Of a DNA stretch of 32,000 nt, positions 1 through 11,225 are shown one piece after another. The position numbers and the translations under genes were made by a program. This stretch comes from Wallemia ichthyophaga EXF-994 (taxonomy: Eukaryota > Fungi > Basidiomycota). The notes beneath the pieces were generated by a model that was not told where the DNA came from, did not search any database, and saw nothing but the letters and a program-made list of their open reading frames with translations. The first letter of the stretch is position 1. Each line of letters begins with the position of its first letter. The stretch lies in assembly GCF_000400465.1 (NCBI RefSeq), contig NW_008806293.1, forward strand, positions 122,601-154,600, given 5' to 3'.

Positions 1-1227
1 GGGTCGCTTTTCAATGACAAAACCAAAAGCTGGAATGTGGCAAACCTGCCGTCGTATCTCACCGAAATCCTTAAAGAAGCTGGTGTCGGTGCACAGCTAC
101 CTGGAGTCAACACACCGTACTTATACTTTGGTGCATGGCGAGCAACTTTCGCGTGGCACGTCGAGGACATGGATCTATACAGTATAAATTATATTCATTT
201 CGGTGCACCTAAATTCTGGTACACGATTCCGCAGAAGCAGAAATGGAAATTCGAGAGACTGATGGCAGGTCTGTTCCCTGGGGAGTCTAAGCAATGTCCG
301 GAATGGCTGCGCCATAAATCGTATCTCGCTTCGCCACACGTGTTAGCGTCACAAAACATCAAGCCGTCAGTGCTAGTGCAAAAGCAGAACGAGTTTGTGA
401 TTACATTCCCACATGGCTACCACTCGGGTTTCAATATGGGCTTTAACTGCGCAGAGTCTGTCAATTTCGCTACTGAAGGATGGACCAAGTATGGAAGGAA
501 GGCGCGTGCATGTACCTGTGTTGGCGACAGTGTGAAGATAGACGTAGATCAGCTGCTCGAGCGGATCGAGTATAGGAAGAGGGAGATGGAAGCTGAGAAG
601 AAGGGGGTGGTGATGAAGATGTCTTTGGATGAATATCTACAGTCGAAGCGCGTCAAAGAGACGGCTGATGAACAGATATCCCATATAAAGATACTTGACT
701 ACCTCGTACCTACATTCGCACCGCCGCATGATCAGCAGATTGCGTGGATGAAGTGGGGCGCTACGCAGCCAATTGAGGTGCAGCATGTGATCATCCAAGT
801 TCCGTGGATGCAGGAATGTGTGAAGAATACGCTGAAATCGACGAATGAGAAGAAAGATCAGGCACAGAAGCAGGCACAGACAAAAAAGCAAGAGGAAGTG
901 GCGCAAGAGGAGACGAATTCTCAGCAGCAGCAGCAGCAAACAAACCCAAATATTAACCATTCATTCGCACAGTCATCTGACACCTCCCTTATGCCATCTT
1001 ACAACTCATCATTACCATCATACCAAGCACATCAGACACATCAGGGACTACCAAATCACTACAATCACATATCATCATTGGCTACCTCACAGCAGGCTCA
1101 GCAGCATTCAACAGCAACGCAAGCACAAGTAGCACCAGCACAAGCACCATCATCAGCACACCCATTAGCACAATCACATTTAGCAGCATCCCAAACACAT
1201 TCGTCGCATCTTCCTGGAGGTATTTGA
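1..1227 (+). CDS. JmjC-domain histone demethylase, KDM4/JMJD2/Rph1 family (5' truncated by window edge)
   Basis: Frame is open from base 1 (GSLFNDKTKSWNVANLP). It carries the KDM4 signature YFGAWRATFAWHVEDMDLYSINYIHFGAPKFWY and FPHGYHSGFNMGFNCAESVNFA, followed by a Q/H/S-rich low-complexity tail. Confidence 0.93.
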   Translation, partial: GSLFNDKTKSWNVANLPSYLTEILKEAGVGAQLPGVNTPYLYFGAWRATFAWHVEDMDLYSINYIHFGAPKFWYTIPQKQKWKFERLMAGLFPGESKQCPEWLRHKSYLASPHVLASQNIKPSVLVQKQNEFVITFPHGYHSGFNMGFNCAESVNFATEGWTKYGRKARACTCVGDSVKIDVDQLLERIEYRKREMEAEKKGVVMKMSLDEYLQSKRVKETADEQISHIKILDYLVPTFAPPHDQQIAWMKWGATQPIEVQHVIIQVPWMQECVKNTLKSTNEKKDQAQKQAQTKKQEEVAQEETNSQQQQQQTNPNINHSFAQSSDTSLMPSYNSSLPSYQAHQTHQGLPNHYNHISSLATSQQAQQHSTATQAQVAPAQAPSSAHPLAQSHLAASQTHSSHLPGGI

Positions 1228-1664
1228 TCTCTTTTTGTGTTTGCATATATCTCACCTTGTATGAGTAGCACGTGTGTGTATGTTTGTGTGAAATGTGTTA
1301 ATTTTTAGACACTCGAATCGAAGTAAATGTTACATGTATAGGTAAACAACGTAAATAAAGTAAAAAGGATGGACAAAACTACGTAAAGTTGTATTGTTAT
1401 TGCTATTGCAGATAATGCAGGTAGCGTACAAGGAGAGTGTACAAGAGTACAGGATAAAGACATAGTGAAATTGATATTTCAATTGCGATTGCGAGTATGA
1501 GTGTGATTGAAGTCAAGATTGCGATTGCGTTTATGATTGCGAGTGTAAGTGAAAATTGTACATACAGGATGCGAACAAAGAACTGAGAACTAAACAAGAG
1601 TCGTGAGTGTTGAGAAAAAGTGCTGAGTAAAGTGGAGAGTAAGTGGAGGGTAAGTTGGAGAGTA

Positions 1665-2727
1665 TTAAACTCTATCTGCACTATGGTTGTTCATTATCCG
1701 ACAAAAGAGGGATGTGAAGAGATAGGGTGAAGCGGAGGTAGCTGGATGGTCTATATCGATGTTGTGGGTATTATTGCCTTGGTTGTTACTGTTGCTGATA
1801 TGACTATTGCTATTGCCGCTGTCAGCCTGGTTGTCAACGCGGTTGTCGCGGCTATCTGTGATGTCAGCTTCTTCAAAGTGCTCGCTGATAGGGTGGAGTT
1901 CGTGAGCAGATTGAGAATGAGTACAACGAGAAAGTCTGAGAGCGTTTCTGAACGACTGCAACGAAACATGACGTCTGCCTGGGAGATGAGCGGTAGAGCG
2001 AGAGAGGAAAGTTAGAGAGTTGGAGGAGTTAGATGCTTCTGCTTGCAACTTGGTATCTCTGAAATCTTTTCTACACTAGAACGAAGAGAGTGTTAGTGAT
2101 TGAAGCTGAAAAATAAAAACCTACCAATGGACAGACGCCTTGTATTTCAAGTAGCCATTGATCGATGCAGCTGGAGTGAAAACAGTGTTTGAGGCTGCAT
2201 GGCAGAATGCGGAGTTGTTCACCGTTCTGAAAATCTTCATAGCAGATAGCGCAGTTGTTAGTGTTTTCAGAGTCAGGCTTTTGTGAGGTATCACCCAGTT
2301 CAATATCTTGAGTACTTTTATCATTATCAACCTTGTGCAAATTTTCATCATTGAATTTCACAAGGGGGAAAGTTTCGAGGATAGCGCGCGCAATGCCAGC
2401 GGCGCGTATCTGGAAATTGTCTTGGATAGTAACAGTCTGGCTATTGGGTGTGTCTGTAACGCGTCTTCTACGAGCGCGTCTACCGTATCTGCGTGGGTTA
2501 CGAAACGCTCTAATGCTTCCAGCGACGATGAAGAAAATGAGGATGAGGACAACGCATCCAATAATAATCCAAAGCGCGTAGAGTGCTATATGATTCTGCC
2601 TCCCCTTCTGCGCCTCCTTTTCCTCATCAGTTTGATCCTCGTCGAACTTGTAGAGCTCTGCAATCCCCATAGAGAAAGCGTGGGTGGTTGATTTGAGTGT
2701 GATTAGAATTATTATTGCGGTCATCAT
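1665..2727 (-). CDS. Single-pass transmembrane RING-H2 E3 ubiquitin ligase (~337 aa; intron 2076-2124)
   Basis: Hydrophobic N-terminus MMTAIIILITLK, then TM segment ALWIIIGCVVLILIFFIVAG, then CAIC..PCSLKHCFHSSC..CPL|C. The last Cys is restored only by splicing GTAGGT..TTCTAG. The start at 2727 is inferred, since in-frame ATGs exist upstream (antisense to the CLC gene). Confidence 0.85.
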
Positions 2728-2767
2728 CGATTTTTTATTTTTTTTCCCTTGATTGTTATCACTCAAC

Positions 2768-5076
2768 ATGACTTCACTGGGTTGGAATCTTGCATTCCCT
2801 AAAATCCCTAAAGTTGCGAAATTCCTGCAGCCTCTGTCAAATTGGCTTGTGTTCCTCATCGCTGGTCTCTCTATTGGTCTGCTTAGCGGTGTTCTCTCCA
2901 TTCTTTCCGTTTGGCTCGCGAATCTCAAGTCTGGGCGATGCGTAGACAATCTATCAACACTCAAGACTACCTGCGTTGATTGGAGGGAATGGTCTGATTG
3001 GTCCATTCTCAACTACTTCATTTACATACTTTTCTCTATCTTTTTCGCTTTCGTAGCTGCTTTCGCCGTGCACAGACTAAGCCAACAGGCTTCTGGTAGC
3101 GGTATAAGTGAAATCAAGTGCATTATTGCTGGTGTTGACTATCCCGGCTATCTTCACTGGCCGGTGCTCGCTGTGAAGGCGTGTACTTTGGTGGGTAGCT
3201 GGGTGTCTCAGTTAACCTTATCACTTATTACATTCCTCTCTACAGCCACTCGCCATCGCTTGCGGCCTGTCCATCGGCAAAGAGGGTCCCTCAGTCCACG
3301 TTGCCTGCTGCATCGCACATCTCCAAGCCTCTCTCTTCCCCTATTTCCGCAAAAGCACCGCCAAGATGCGCGAGATTCTCGTCGCTGCCAGTGCGGCTGG
3401 TGTTGCGTGTGCATTCGGTAGTCCAATCGGCGGCGTCATGTTCTCCATCGAGGAGATGACACATACACACACAACCAAGATGATCTGGCGCAGTTTCTTC
3501 TGTGCACTCGCTGCCACTGCTATGCTCTCCGCCCTCAATCCTTTCCACACAGGTAAACTCGTTCTTTTTCAAGTATCGCACGACACCAGTTGGCACTTTT
3601 TCGAGATTGTCTACTTTATAGTGCTCGGTGTGTTTGGGGTGGGTGATGGGTTATGTTGGGTCGTTTAGCATACGCTGATTTTCTTACTTCTTCTCGACAT
3701 TCCCTCTCCAGGGTCTCTTCGGGTCTGTTGTCATCAAGCTCAATCTGGCATATACGGAGGTACGGCGCCGTCACCTGCTTCGCTATCCTGTCAGTGAGGC
3801 AGTTATACTAGCGCTAGTGAGTGGGGTGCTCAGCTACCCGAACCCGCTCCTCCGCATCGACATGACGGAGGGGCTAGCGATGTTATTGCGGGAGTGCAGT
3901 CCTGGCAATAACAGCGATAACCACATTGAAGATTACGGGATGTGCGATGCATCACAAGCATGGACGACTATCCACCGCACACTGTTGGCTACAGTGATAC
4001 GAACGGTGCTCCTGATTATCACATATGGGTGCGGGGTACCCGCGGGTTTATTTGTGCCGTCGCTAGCAGCTGGAGCCACTTTCGGTCGACTGGTGGGCAC
4101 TGTGAGCGCGATGGTGCATGCTCGTTACGCCCACATGCCCTTCTTCGCTGAGTGCCACGCGTCTGCGTCCCAAGCGCCGTGCATCTCACCGCCTACTTAC
4201 GCTCTACTCGGTGCTGCCGCGGCGCTTAGTGGTGTACTGCGAATCTGGGTAACTGTCCCCATTATCATCTTCGAGCTTACAGGCGCACTAGGCCATATTC
4301 TACCCACTATGATCGTCCTAATCACTACAAAAGGGGTTTCGGACTGGTTAAGCGGAGGAGAGGGCATGGGTGGGCACGCTGAGCAGGCTATACGGCGCAG
4401 TAAGATACCCGTGTTGACGAGAACGGATGGCGAAGGTGAAGGGGATGGTGAGGGTGAGGGTGTGCACGTCGCACTAGCCATGACGCCGCTCGCTCAGCTC
4501 GTCGTGCTGCGCGAACACATGCAGGTAGGCGACGTAGACAACGTCTTGCAAAGCAAGCACAGCGGATATCCCGTCGTGCGGTCTGTGGATGGGGATGGAA
4601 TGCAGCTCGTTGGCTACGCAGATGCTCAAACCCTCGCTAAACGCCTCGCGCAACTCGATCGGCTGTCTCAGTGGGCGTGGGTGAGTTTCAGCACTTTCGG
4701 TGGTGAGCAGACCATCTTTGATGTGGATGTGGATGCAGGTGATAGCGATAGTGATAGTGATGGTGGTGGTGATGGTGTAGACACTCCCACACGCACTCCC
4801 ACCGCTATCAACCTCAGCGACACACTCACGGAAACGCCCATCACCATCGCCCCCTCGACACCCCTACACGTCGCAATGAAGCTGTTTAAGAGGCTGGGGC
4901 CGCGCGTGATGCTCGTCGTGCGTCTTGGCGCGCTGGAGGGTTTGGTGGGAGTGGCGGATGTGCTGAGGGAGCGAGACAGCCGGGCCAGCAGGGACAGCAG
5001 GGACAGCAGGAGCAACACTCGCAGCACGATATGGATCCAACTAAGGGACTATATAACGACAAAGATAAATATATAA
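2768..5076 (+). CDS. CLC-family chloride channel/H+ exchanger with C-terminal CBS domains (~726 aa; introns 3191-3245, 3639-3711)
   Basis: Motifs GSGISE, GKEGP (after splicing), FSIEE, GLFVP and IIFELTG, plus a CBS pair (SGYPVV..; LFKRLGPRVMLV). Both introns are phase 0 and join three ORF-track fragments. Confidence 0.92.
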
Positions 5077-5114
5077 AAGAGCACGATAGAAGGCGTGTAA
5101 ACCGTGTACACAAT

Positions 5115-5492
5115 CTACTGATTGATCTTGCCACTCCTACCTTCCCTCTTCTTCTGCTTCTTGCGTCTACGCTCGTCAGCCTTAGATTTAACCTGCTCGA
5201 GACGCTCCTTCTCCTCTCTGAGTTTGCGGCGCTCGATAATCTTGTGCGTGTGCTCTTGCCGCGCACCAGCGACGTCCTGCTTTAGGTCGCGCTCCCTGCT
5301 CTTCATTTCGCGCAGCCGGTCGTCGCGGGCTTTGCGATGGCTGAAGGAAGATTTTGTGTTGAGCGGGAGGTGGTTGCGGTGGAACGGCTGCGACTGTTTC
5401 CCGCTGTTGATCGACGCGAGTGTCGTGAGCGTGCGCCGTTGATCCTGCTCCTCTTTCGTCGTCACGCTGTGTTCGCCGGGAGCCATGTGCAT
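5115..5492 (-). CDS. CGR1: rRNA-processing protein Cgr1 (small basic coiled-coil nucleolar protein)
   Basis: About 125 aa with SGK.. motif, K/R/E-rich helix ERRKLREEKERLEQ and terminal KKREGRSGKINQ, resembling the Cgr1 family. Start is ATG 5492 or 5486. Confidence 0.75.
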   Translation of the reverse strand: MHMAPGEHSVTTKEEQDQRRTLTTLASINSGKQSQPFHRNHLPLNTKSSFSHRKARDDRLREMKSRERDLKQDVAGARQEHTHKIIERRKLREEKERLEQVKSKADERRRKKQKKREGRSGKINQ

Positions 5493-5578
5493 GATGGTGG
5501 TGTGGGCGTGATGATGTAACGTGCAGGAAGGGCAACGAAAGCGATACAAGCGAATACAACGAGTTTAATGAAAATTAT

Positions 5579-7262
5579 TTAATATCCGAGCACCGCACGC
5601 TTCTCCGCTATCAGCCCATATGTCCTGTCATAAGCCCATTTCGGATTGCAGGCCCAAGTCCACACGCCGTCGTCAACCGCAAACGCACATGTGTCCAGCT
5701 CGCCTATAGCGCTGGCCATCTCGTCCGTCATCTCAAACTCGAGGGGAAACCGCCAGACCTGAGCTGCGCGAGTTGATTGATTCCCGAGGTGGAGCGGCTC
5801 GGTGAGTGTGTTTGGGATGCCTTTGCTGGTGCTCTGTGCGAAGCAAAACGCGAGAACATGCGCCTGTGCCTCATACAGGCTGAATGGGCGAACATTCTTC
5901 AGCAGTCCGACGAACCCGAAAGACGGGTCGGGGAGGTAGAGCAGGTGGTGTTTCGAGATGTTGTGGCGGAGGCCAGCCCAGCCGCGAGCGCACTCCGCCA
6001 TTTCCGCCTCGCCTAGTTGCTTGTGCGCGGGGATGTTCTGCACTTGCACCTGCCCGCTCCTCTCTCCGCGCGCATCGTCAGCGACAGGGTGCTCCTTCCA
6101 CGGCTGGTCGCCTGCGTGCATGTATGGGAAGAGGTAGTCGTACCCCGTAGCGAAGACGAGGACGTCGACGCCGGTTTCTACGCGCCCGTCTGCGAAGGTG
6201 ACGCTGTGGCCGTGCGCGTGTGTTATAGGCGGGCGTTGGTGGATGGAGCGGTACCACGCGGGCGCGTCTGTCCACTCCGGCGGCGGCGAGCGCGATGATT
6301 GGATAACCGTGGTGGGCGGGAGGTGGAGGTGTGGGTGTGTGTCGACAGACGCGTACGGCGAGTGCACATTGCGCGGCGCTACATTGAGCCAAGCCAGCTC
6401 GCGCGTCAGGTCGTACCCGCTGCTGCGACTCCCAACGACCACCACCTTGCGCCCACGGTGCGCCTCGGGGCCGCGCCACCACCGGCTGTGCTCGACTACC
6501 CCGTCATACGCCCACAGCCCGTCGATCGTGGGTATGTACGGACTCGCGTAGTGGCCCGCTGCATTTACTACACAGTCGTATGTACGCGTGGTGGTAGGTG
6601 AGACATTGTGAAGATTTTCCTTCTCGCCTCTCTCTACCTTTTCCGACACACTCAGATCCTCCACCGTGAGCTCCCATCTGCGCATGCTGTTGTTGCTGCT
6701 GCTGCTGCTGTGAGGGCTGTGGCGGACGCGCGTAACGCGGTGGCGGAAACGGACGAGAGGGATCAGCGCGTGTTTGTGAGCGTAAGAGTGGAGATAAGCA
6801 AGAACCTCTGCATGCGTGGGGAAGGTCTTGTCGGTGATAGCAGCGTCGTACGGCTCGTCTCTGAAGCTCATCAGCGGGGTGGGGAGGTTGGTGCGCAGGG
6901 AGGGGTAGACGGGCGAGGGGGGGACCTCCTCTACGACGTGCATTGTGTTGCGTCTGCCGTCGATGTTGCCGAAGTCGATCGCGGCGCGTGGGTTGCCGTG
7001 GCTATCGAACTTGATCTGGCGCGAGAGGGCGTCGGGGGAGTAATTCCTGGTTGTGGATTAGTATGCAGCGGTTATTGGCATTCCAGCTCACCACACGCCA
7101 CCTACACTCCCGCGTACTTCGTATATCGTTACCTGGGCTTGCGGAGTACGCGCGAGGATCTGGCGCGCACTGGCTAAGCCGCTGAGGCCTGGGGAGAGTC
7201 AGTGGATGGCACTGGGCCAGTCACGGAAACCCACCTGCGCCTATGATGGCAACATGGGACAT
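5579..7262 (-). CDS. FMO1: Flavin-containing monooxygenase (FMO; introns 7189-7234, 7047-7091)
   Basis: Spliced N-terminus MSHVAIIGAGLSG..VTIYEVRGSVGGVW (FAD-binding). Also Y.SLRTN, FMO signature YDGVVEHSRWWR, NADPH motif VVVVGSRSSGYD and FATGY. Confidence 0.9.
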
Positions 7263-7423
7263 AGAAAGAGGTGGATTGCGGGACAGCGGGAAATGCACAG
7301 CGACAGCGACGGCGACGTGTACACCGCCAGCAACGCCTTAAAAAGAAATAAAAAACATTTTGCACGCCCGCACCCACTTTCCTTCAGATACGTCGAGGTT
7401 CTCTGACATATAACACAACGAGA

Positions 7424-9143
7424 ATGGCAGCCGCAATGGGACCTGGTGGACAGCCAATGATGGTTATGAGTGGGTGGATAGCGCGAGTTGTGATCACGTC
7501 TAATGCTCTACGCTGCAGACACAAACGCACCTGAACGCCAAAGCGGTAGAAAGGCACAAATGTCGAATATAATGGCATCAAAGACGGTGTCCGATATTAT
7601 ACGCACCTGCTTGGGACCGCAGTCGATGCTCAAGATGATTCTCGATCCAATGGGCGGGATCCTCCTTACCAACGATGGACATGCAATTCTGCGTGAAATA
7701 GACGTTGCACACCCAGCAGCCAAGAGTATGATCGAGTTGTCGCGTACCCAGGATGAGGAGGTTGGCGATGGAACTACCAGTGTCATCATTCTCGCCGGTG
7801 AAATCCTCGCCCAGAGTGTTGGCCTCCTCGAGAAGAACATTCATCCAGTGCAGATCATCCAAAGCTACAAACTCGCTCTCACCGAGGCACTCAAGACTAT
7901 CGAACTCATCGGCAAGCCCCTCGATACAGCCAACGAAAAGGAAATGCTTGCGCTGATCAAGACATCCATCGGCACCAAGTTCGTCCAGAGGTGGTCCGAT
8001 CTCATGTGCAAGCTGGCTCTCGACAGTGTCAGGACGGTAGCTACAGCTGACGCAGCCAACGCCGACCTCAAAAGCGTCGATTTGAAGCGTTACGCGCGTA
8101 TCGAGAAGGTGCCAGGAGGTGATGTTGAAGACAGCTGTGTGCTGAGCGGGCTCATGGTGAACAAAGACGTAACGCACCCCAAGATGAGACGTAAGATCGA
8201 ATCCCCACGCGTCCTCCTTCTCGACTGTCCACTCGAGTACAAGAAGGGCGAGTCGCAAACCAACATTGAAATAAGCAAAGAGGGCGACTGGGAGAAGATT
8301 CTCGCTATTGAAGAGGAGCAGATTAAGGGCATGTGTGAGCACATACTCTCCTTCAAACCTGATCTCGTCCTCACCGAGAAGGGTGTATCTGATCTCGCCC
8401 AGCACTACCTCACACGCGCTAACGTCACAGCTCTTCGCCGTTTGCGCAAAACTGATAACAACCGTATAGCACGCGCGACTGGTGCGACTATTGTGAATCG
8501 TGTAGAAGATATCCGCGCAACTGACATTGGTACGAAATGTGGCAAGTTCGAAGTGAAGAAGCTTGGTGATGAGTACTTCTCTTTCCTGACAGAGTGCAAA
8601 GATCCTAAAGCATGCACTGTGCTTCTGCGTGGACCAAGCAAAGACATACTGAACGAGATTGAGCGTAACTTGCACGACGCGATGGCAGTAGCCCGTAACG
8701 TTGTCTTTAACCCACTCCTAGCACCTGGTGGAGGAGCTACGGAGATGGCAGTGAGCGTCGCCCTGGGTAAACTTGCCAAATCGGTCGACGGTGTAGGTAG
8801 TTTGGCTATACGCGCCGTGGGTGATGCTATGGAGGTTATTCCACGCACTCTCATACAGAATTGCGGTGGTAACACTATTCGCACCCTCACAGAACTCAGA
8901 GCCAAACATAGCAACGGAGAGGTGAGCTTCGGTGTCGATGGTGATACTGGTAAAGTTGTCGATATGGCTACTTACGGCCTCTACGAATCGGCTGCAGTTA
9001 AAATTCAGACCATCAAGACTGCCGTCGAATCGGCTAGCCTTCTCCTTCGTGTGGATGACGTTGTCAGTGCGAGGAGACTCCAGCAGGGTGGCGGCGCAGG
9101 CATGATGCCGCCAGGGGAGATGGCCGAGGGAGCAGAGCAGTGA
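7424..9143 (+). CDS. CCT3: T-complex protein 1 subunit gamma (chaperonin CCT3; intron 7470-7518)
   Basis: ERQSGRKAQ, LGPQSMLKM, TNDGHAILREI, GDGTTSV and LEYKKGESQT are diagnostic of CCT-gamma. The first exon MAAAMGPGGQPMMVM joins in frame. Confidence 0.97.
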
Positions 9144-9238
9144 GGATTCATCAATGTAAAGAATGAAATGAATAAATGGTGGTATAAATGGAGTGAAACT
9201 GAGTGAAATATAAATATAGAAAGCACTACGCACTACGC

Positions 9239-10495
9239 TCAATGAAGCGACTGAGAGATGAGGAGCTGAGTGGTAAGCAGGGCTTGATACTTGACGTTGT
9301 TATCTGGATGCTGCAGGAGTTGCATTATGGCAGTTTTGTGGTGGGTGTGTATATGTTGCTTAGCGGTAGGGGTGTATTTGAGGAAGGAGGCAGTGTCAGA
9401 GAGGGCAATGTGGAGGGTGGTAGGGTCATCACTCTCCAACAACCCCAGCAACCTCTTTACGCCCCATCCACCATTATTTAACAACGCCCTACTCTCGTTC
9501 TTCCAGAATTGCTCATCCTTATGAACAGGTGACCACTTGAGCAGGCCCGAATCAAGCTCAGAAGCATATTCATCCCAGTTGCTCACACTAGCAAAAGAGA
9601 GAGACAGTTGTTGTTGTATGGCTGCGAGATCAGCGAGTAGGTCGTCATCTACCCATCTACGAGTGGAGAGAGAGGTGAGCGTGGGTTGTATGGGCAGGGC
9701 TAGGAAGGTGTTTAGCGTGTTCTTCTTTGCGAATCTGAGGAGATTTGAGAAAGTGGCCAAGATTAACCTGACGACTTTCTCCTTAATCGAGGTTTTTGCA
9801 ACGTTGGCGAGGTGGGGGATGATTTGGTGATCGGTGTTGATCCTCGCACAAAGAGAGCTATCAAAAGAGATGATCCAGATGGAATAAATGATGTTGTACG
9901 TCGTTTGTGGGGGTGTTTGCGGGTGAGACATTATGGGAATGAGGGTTGGGAGGATGTTGTGATAGGAGTAGTGTTTAGAGGGTGTTAGAGAGAGTAGCTG
10001 TGTGAGGAGGAGGGTGCTGACATCGACATAAACGCCTGTATCAATGTCCTTGTGGATAGAATGGAGGAGGGAGTTTAGGTGGTGGGTGGACGGGGAGTGA
10101 GTGAGGGAGAGGGAGAGTAGTTTCTCAGTGGATAAGTGAGTGTAAGTATCGTTGTTCTGAAGGTGCTGGAGGAGGTTTTCGTTGATATTTGGAGTGTTTG
10201 TGAGGAGGTTGAGGGTTGTGGGTGGGTTGATGAGTAGTAGCTGCTGTAAGCGGTACAAAACCCACTGAACAACGTCTAGCTTGTTGATGCTGTTGAGTAG
10301 GCTATTTAGTAGGTGTATATGACACTCTATGGAGTATTGATCGACAGAGAAATCCACACCATGATTGTCTAGCCCAGTAATCAACTGATAATCACCTTGG
10401 CTAATAGACTTTGACTTTAAATAACCAAGCCAGGGAATACTTTTAATAGGATTGCTATTAAAATGATCAAAGTTCAAGTGAATTACAAGGTTCAT
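9239..10495 (-). CDS. VMA13: V-type ATPase V1 subunit H
   Basis: IKEKVVRLILATFSNLL and WDEYASELDSGLLKWSPVHKDEQFWK motifs. 418 aa single exon. Confidence 0.92.
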   Translation of the reverse strand: MNLVIHLNFDHFNSNPIKSIPWLGYLKSKSISQGDYQLITGLDNHGVDFSVDQYSIECHIHLLNSLLNSINKLDVVQWVLYRLQQLLLINPPTTLNLLTNTPNINENLLQHLQNNDTYTHLSTEKLLSLSLTHSPSTHHLNSLLHSIHKDIDTGVYVDVSTLLLTQLLSLTPSKHYSYHNILPTLIPIMSHPQTPPQTTYNIIYSIWIISFDSSLCARINTDHQIIPHLANVAKTSIKEKVVRLILATFSNLLRFAKKNTLNTFLALPIQPTLTSLSTRRWVDDDLLADLAAIQQQLSLSFASVSNWDEYASELDSGLLKWSPVHKDEQFWKNESRALLNNGGWGVKRLLGLLESDDPTTLHIALSDTASFLKYTPTAKQHIHTHHKTAIMQLLQHPDNNVKYQALLTTQLLISQSLH

Positions 10496-10531
10496 TGGGA
10501 TTTTCTAGTTGGATGTTAGAAGAAAACGGCC

Positions 10532-11195
10532 ATGACTAGTAAAATTAAATCAACACTATTAATTATTAGACCACCGTATTTAACACCAAAGCAACATCCG
10601 CTAGCAACTGAATACTACAAATATACTAGTCTCCTCCATCAATCATTAGCTTCGAAATTTAAACTCGATTTCTACTATCAACCACAGAGCCTAAATAGTA
10701 AGAAGTTTGTACAGGGGGAATATTTAAGGCAGATTAAAGACTGGGGATATTCACACTACTCCAATCAAGATGTCTCTGTCGATTCTGGTGTAGATATCCA
10801 TGAGAATCTTCCAACTTCCAACAACAAAGTAGACAACATTGAAAGACTTGGTGATAGATCTCTTGGTTTGCTGCTACCCAACCACTCACTCCCTTCAACC
10901 ACCTTAAACGCCGGCGAATCACTCGACCAAGCAGCGTTAAGAGCTGGTTATCAGCAGTTTGGAAGGGATATTGATCTTTGGGTGGTGAGTAAGTTACCAA
11001 TAGCTGTGAATAAGGATGAATCGGGCGTGGACGTGAGTAGATTGCCATTATACACTGCAATCCCCACTAATACACCCCCAGAACTACATAATACTCAGCT
11101 ACATACTCAATGGCACTCCCTCCACACCCACCAGCTACCTCAGTAAAGAAGAAATCCCTAAAAATAATTTTGTAGACTTAATCCCAATACAATAG
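10532..11195 (+). CDS. MRPL17: Mitochondrial large-subunit ribosomal protein mL46/Mrpl17 (intron 11033-11081)
   Basis: LLIIRPPYLT..HPLATEYY..DFYY N-terminus and GESLDQAA Nudix-like segment. The spliced C-terminal exon NYIILSYILNG..YLSKEEI fits the family. Confidence 0.75.
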
Positions 11196-11225
11196 ACACT
11201 ATTACTCTTGCTCACGACAACCAAC

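Noticed and set aside
3639-3711. Slightly long (73-nt) CLC intron with TGATGG and CTGA as a possible snoRNA host
   Set aside because: The boxes are only about 35 nt apart and the C box is imperfect, too short for a C/D RNA.
3800-7200. Visibly GC-richer segment (CLC 3' part, CGR1, FMO) with many long overlapping antisense ORFs, as possible horizontal transfer or overlapping genes
   Set aside because: The genes are ordinary fungal families with host-type short introns, and long shadow ORFs are expected in GC-rich coding DNA. GC content was not computed.
7578-8675. 365-aa antisense ORF and similar shadows opposite CCT3, HSF1 (13410-14300) and LAT1
   Set aside because: They mirror highly conserved, codon-biased sense genes and have no recognisable motifs.
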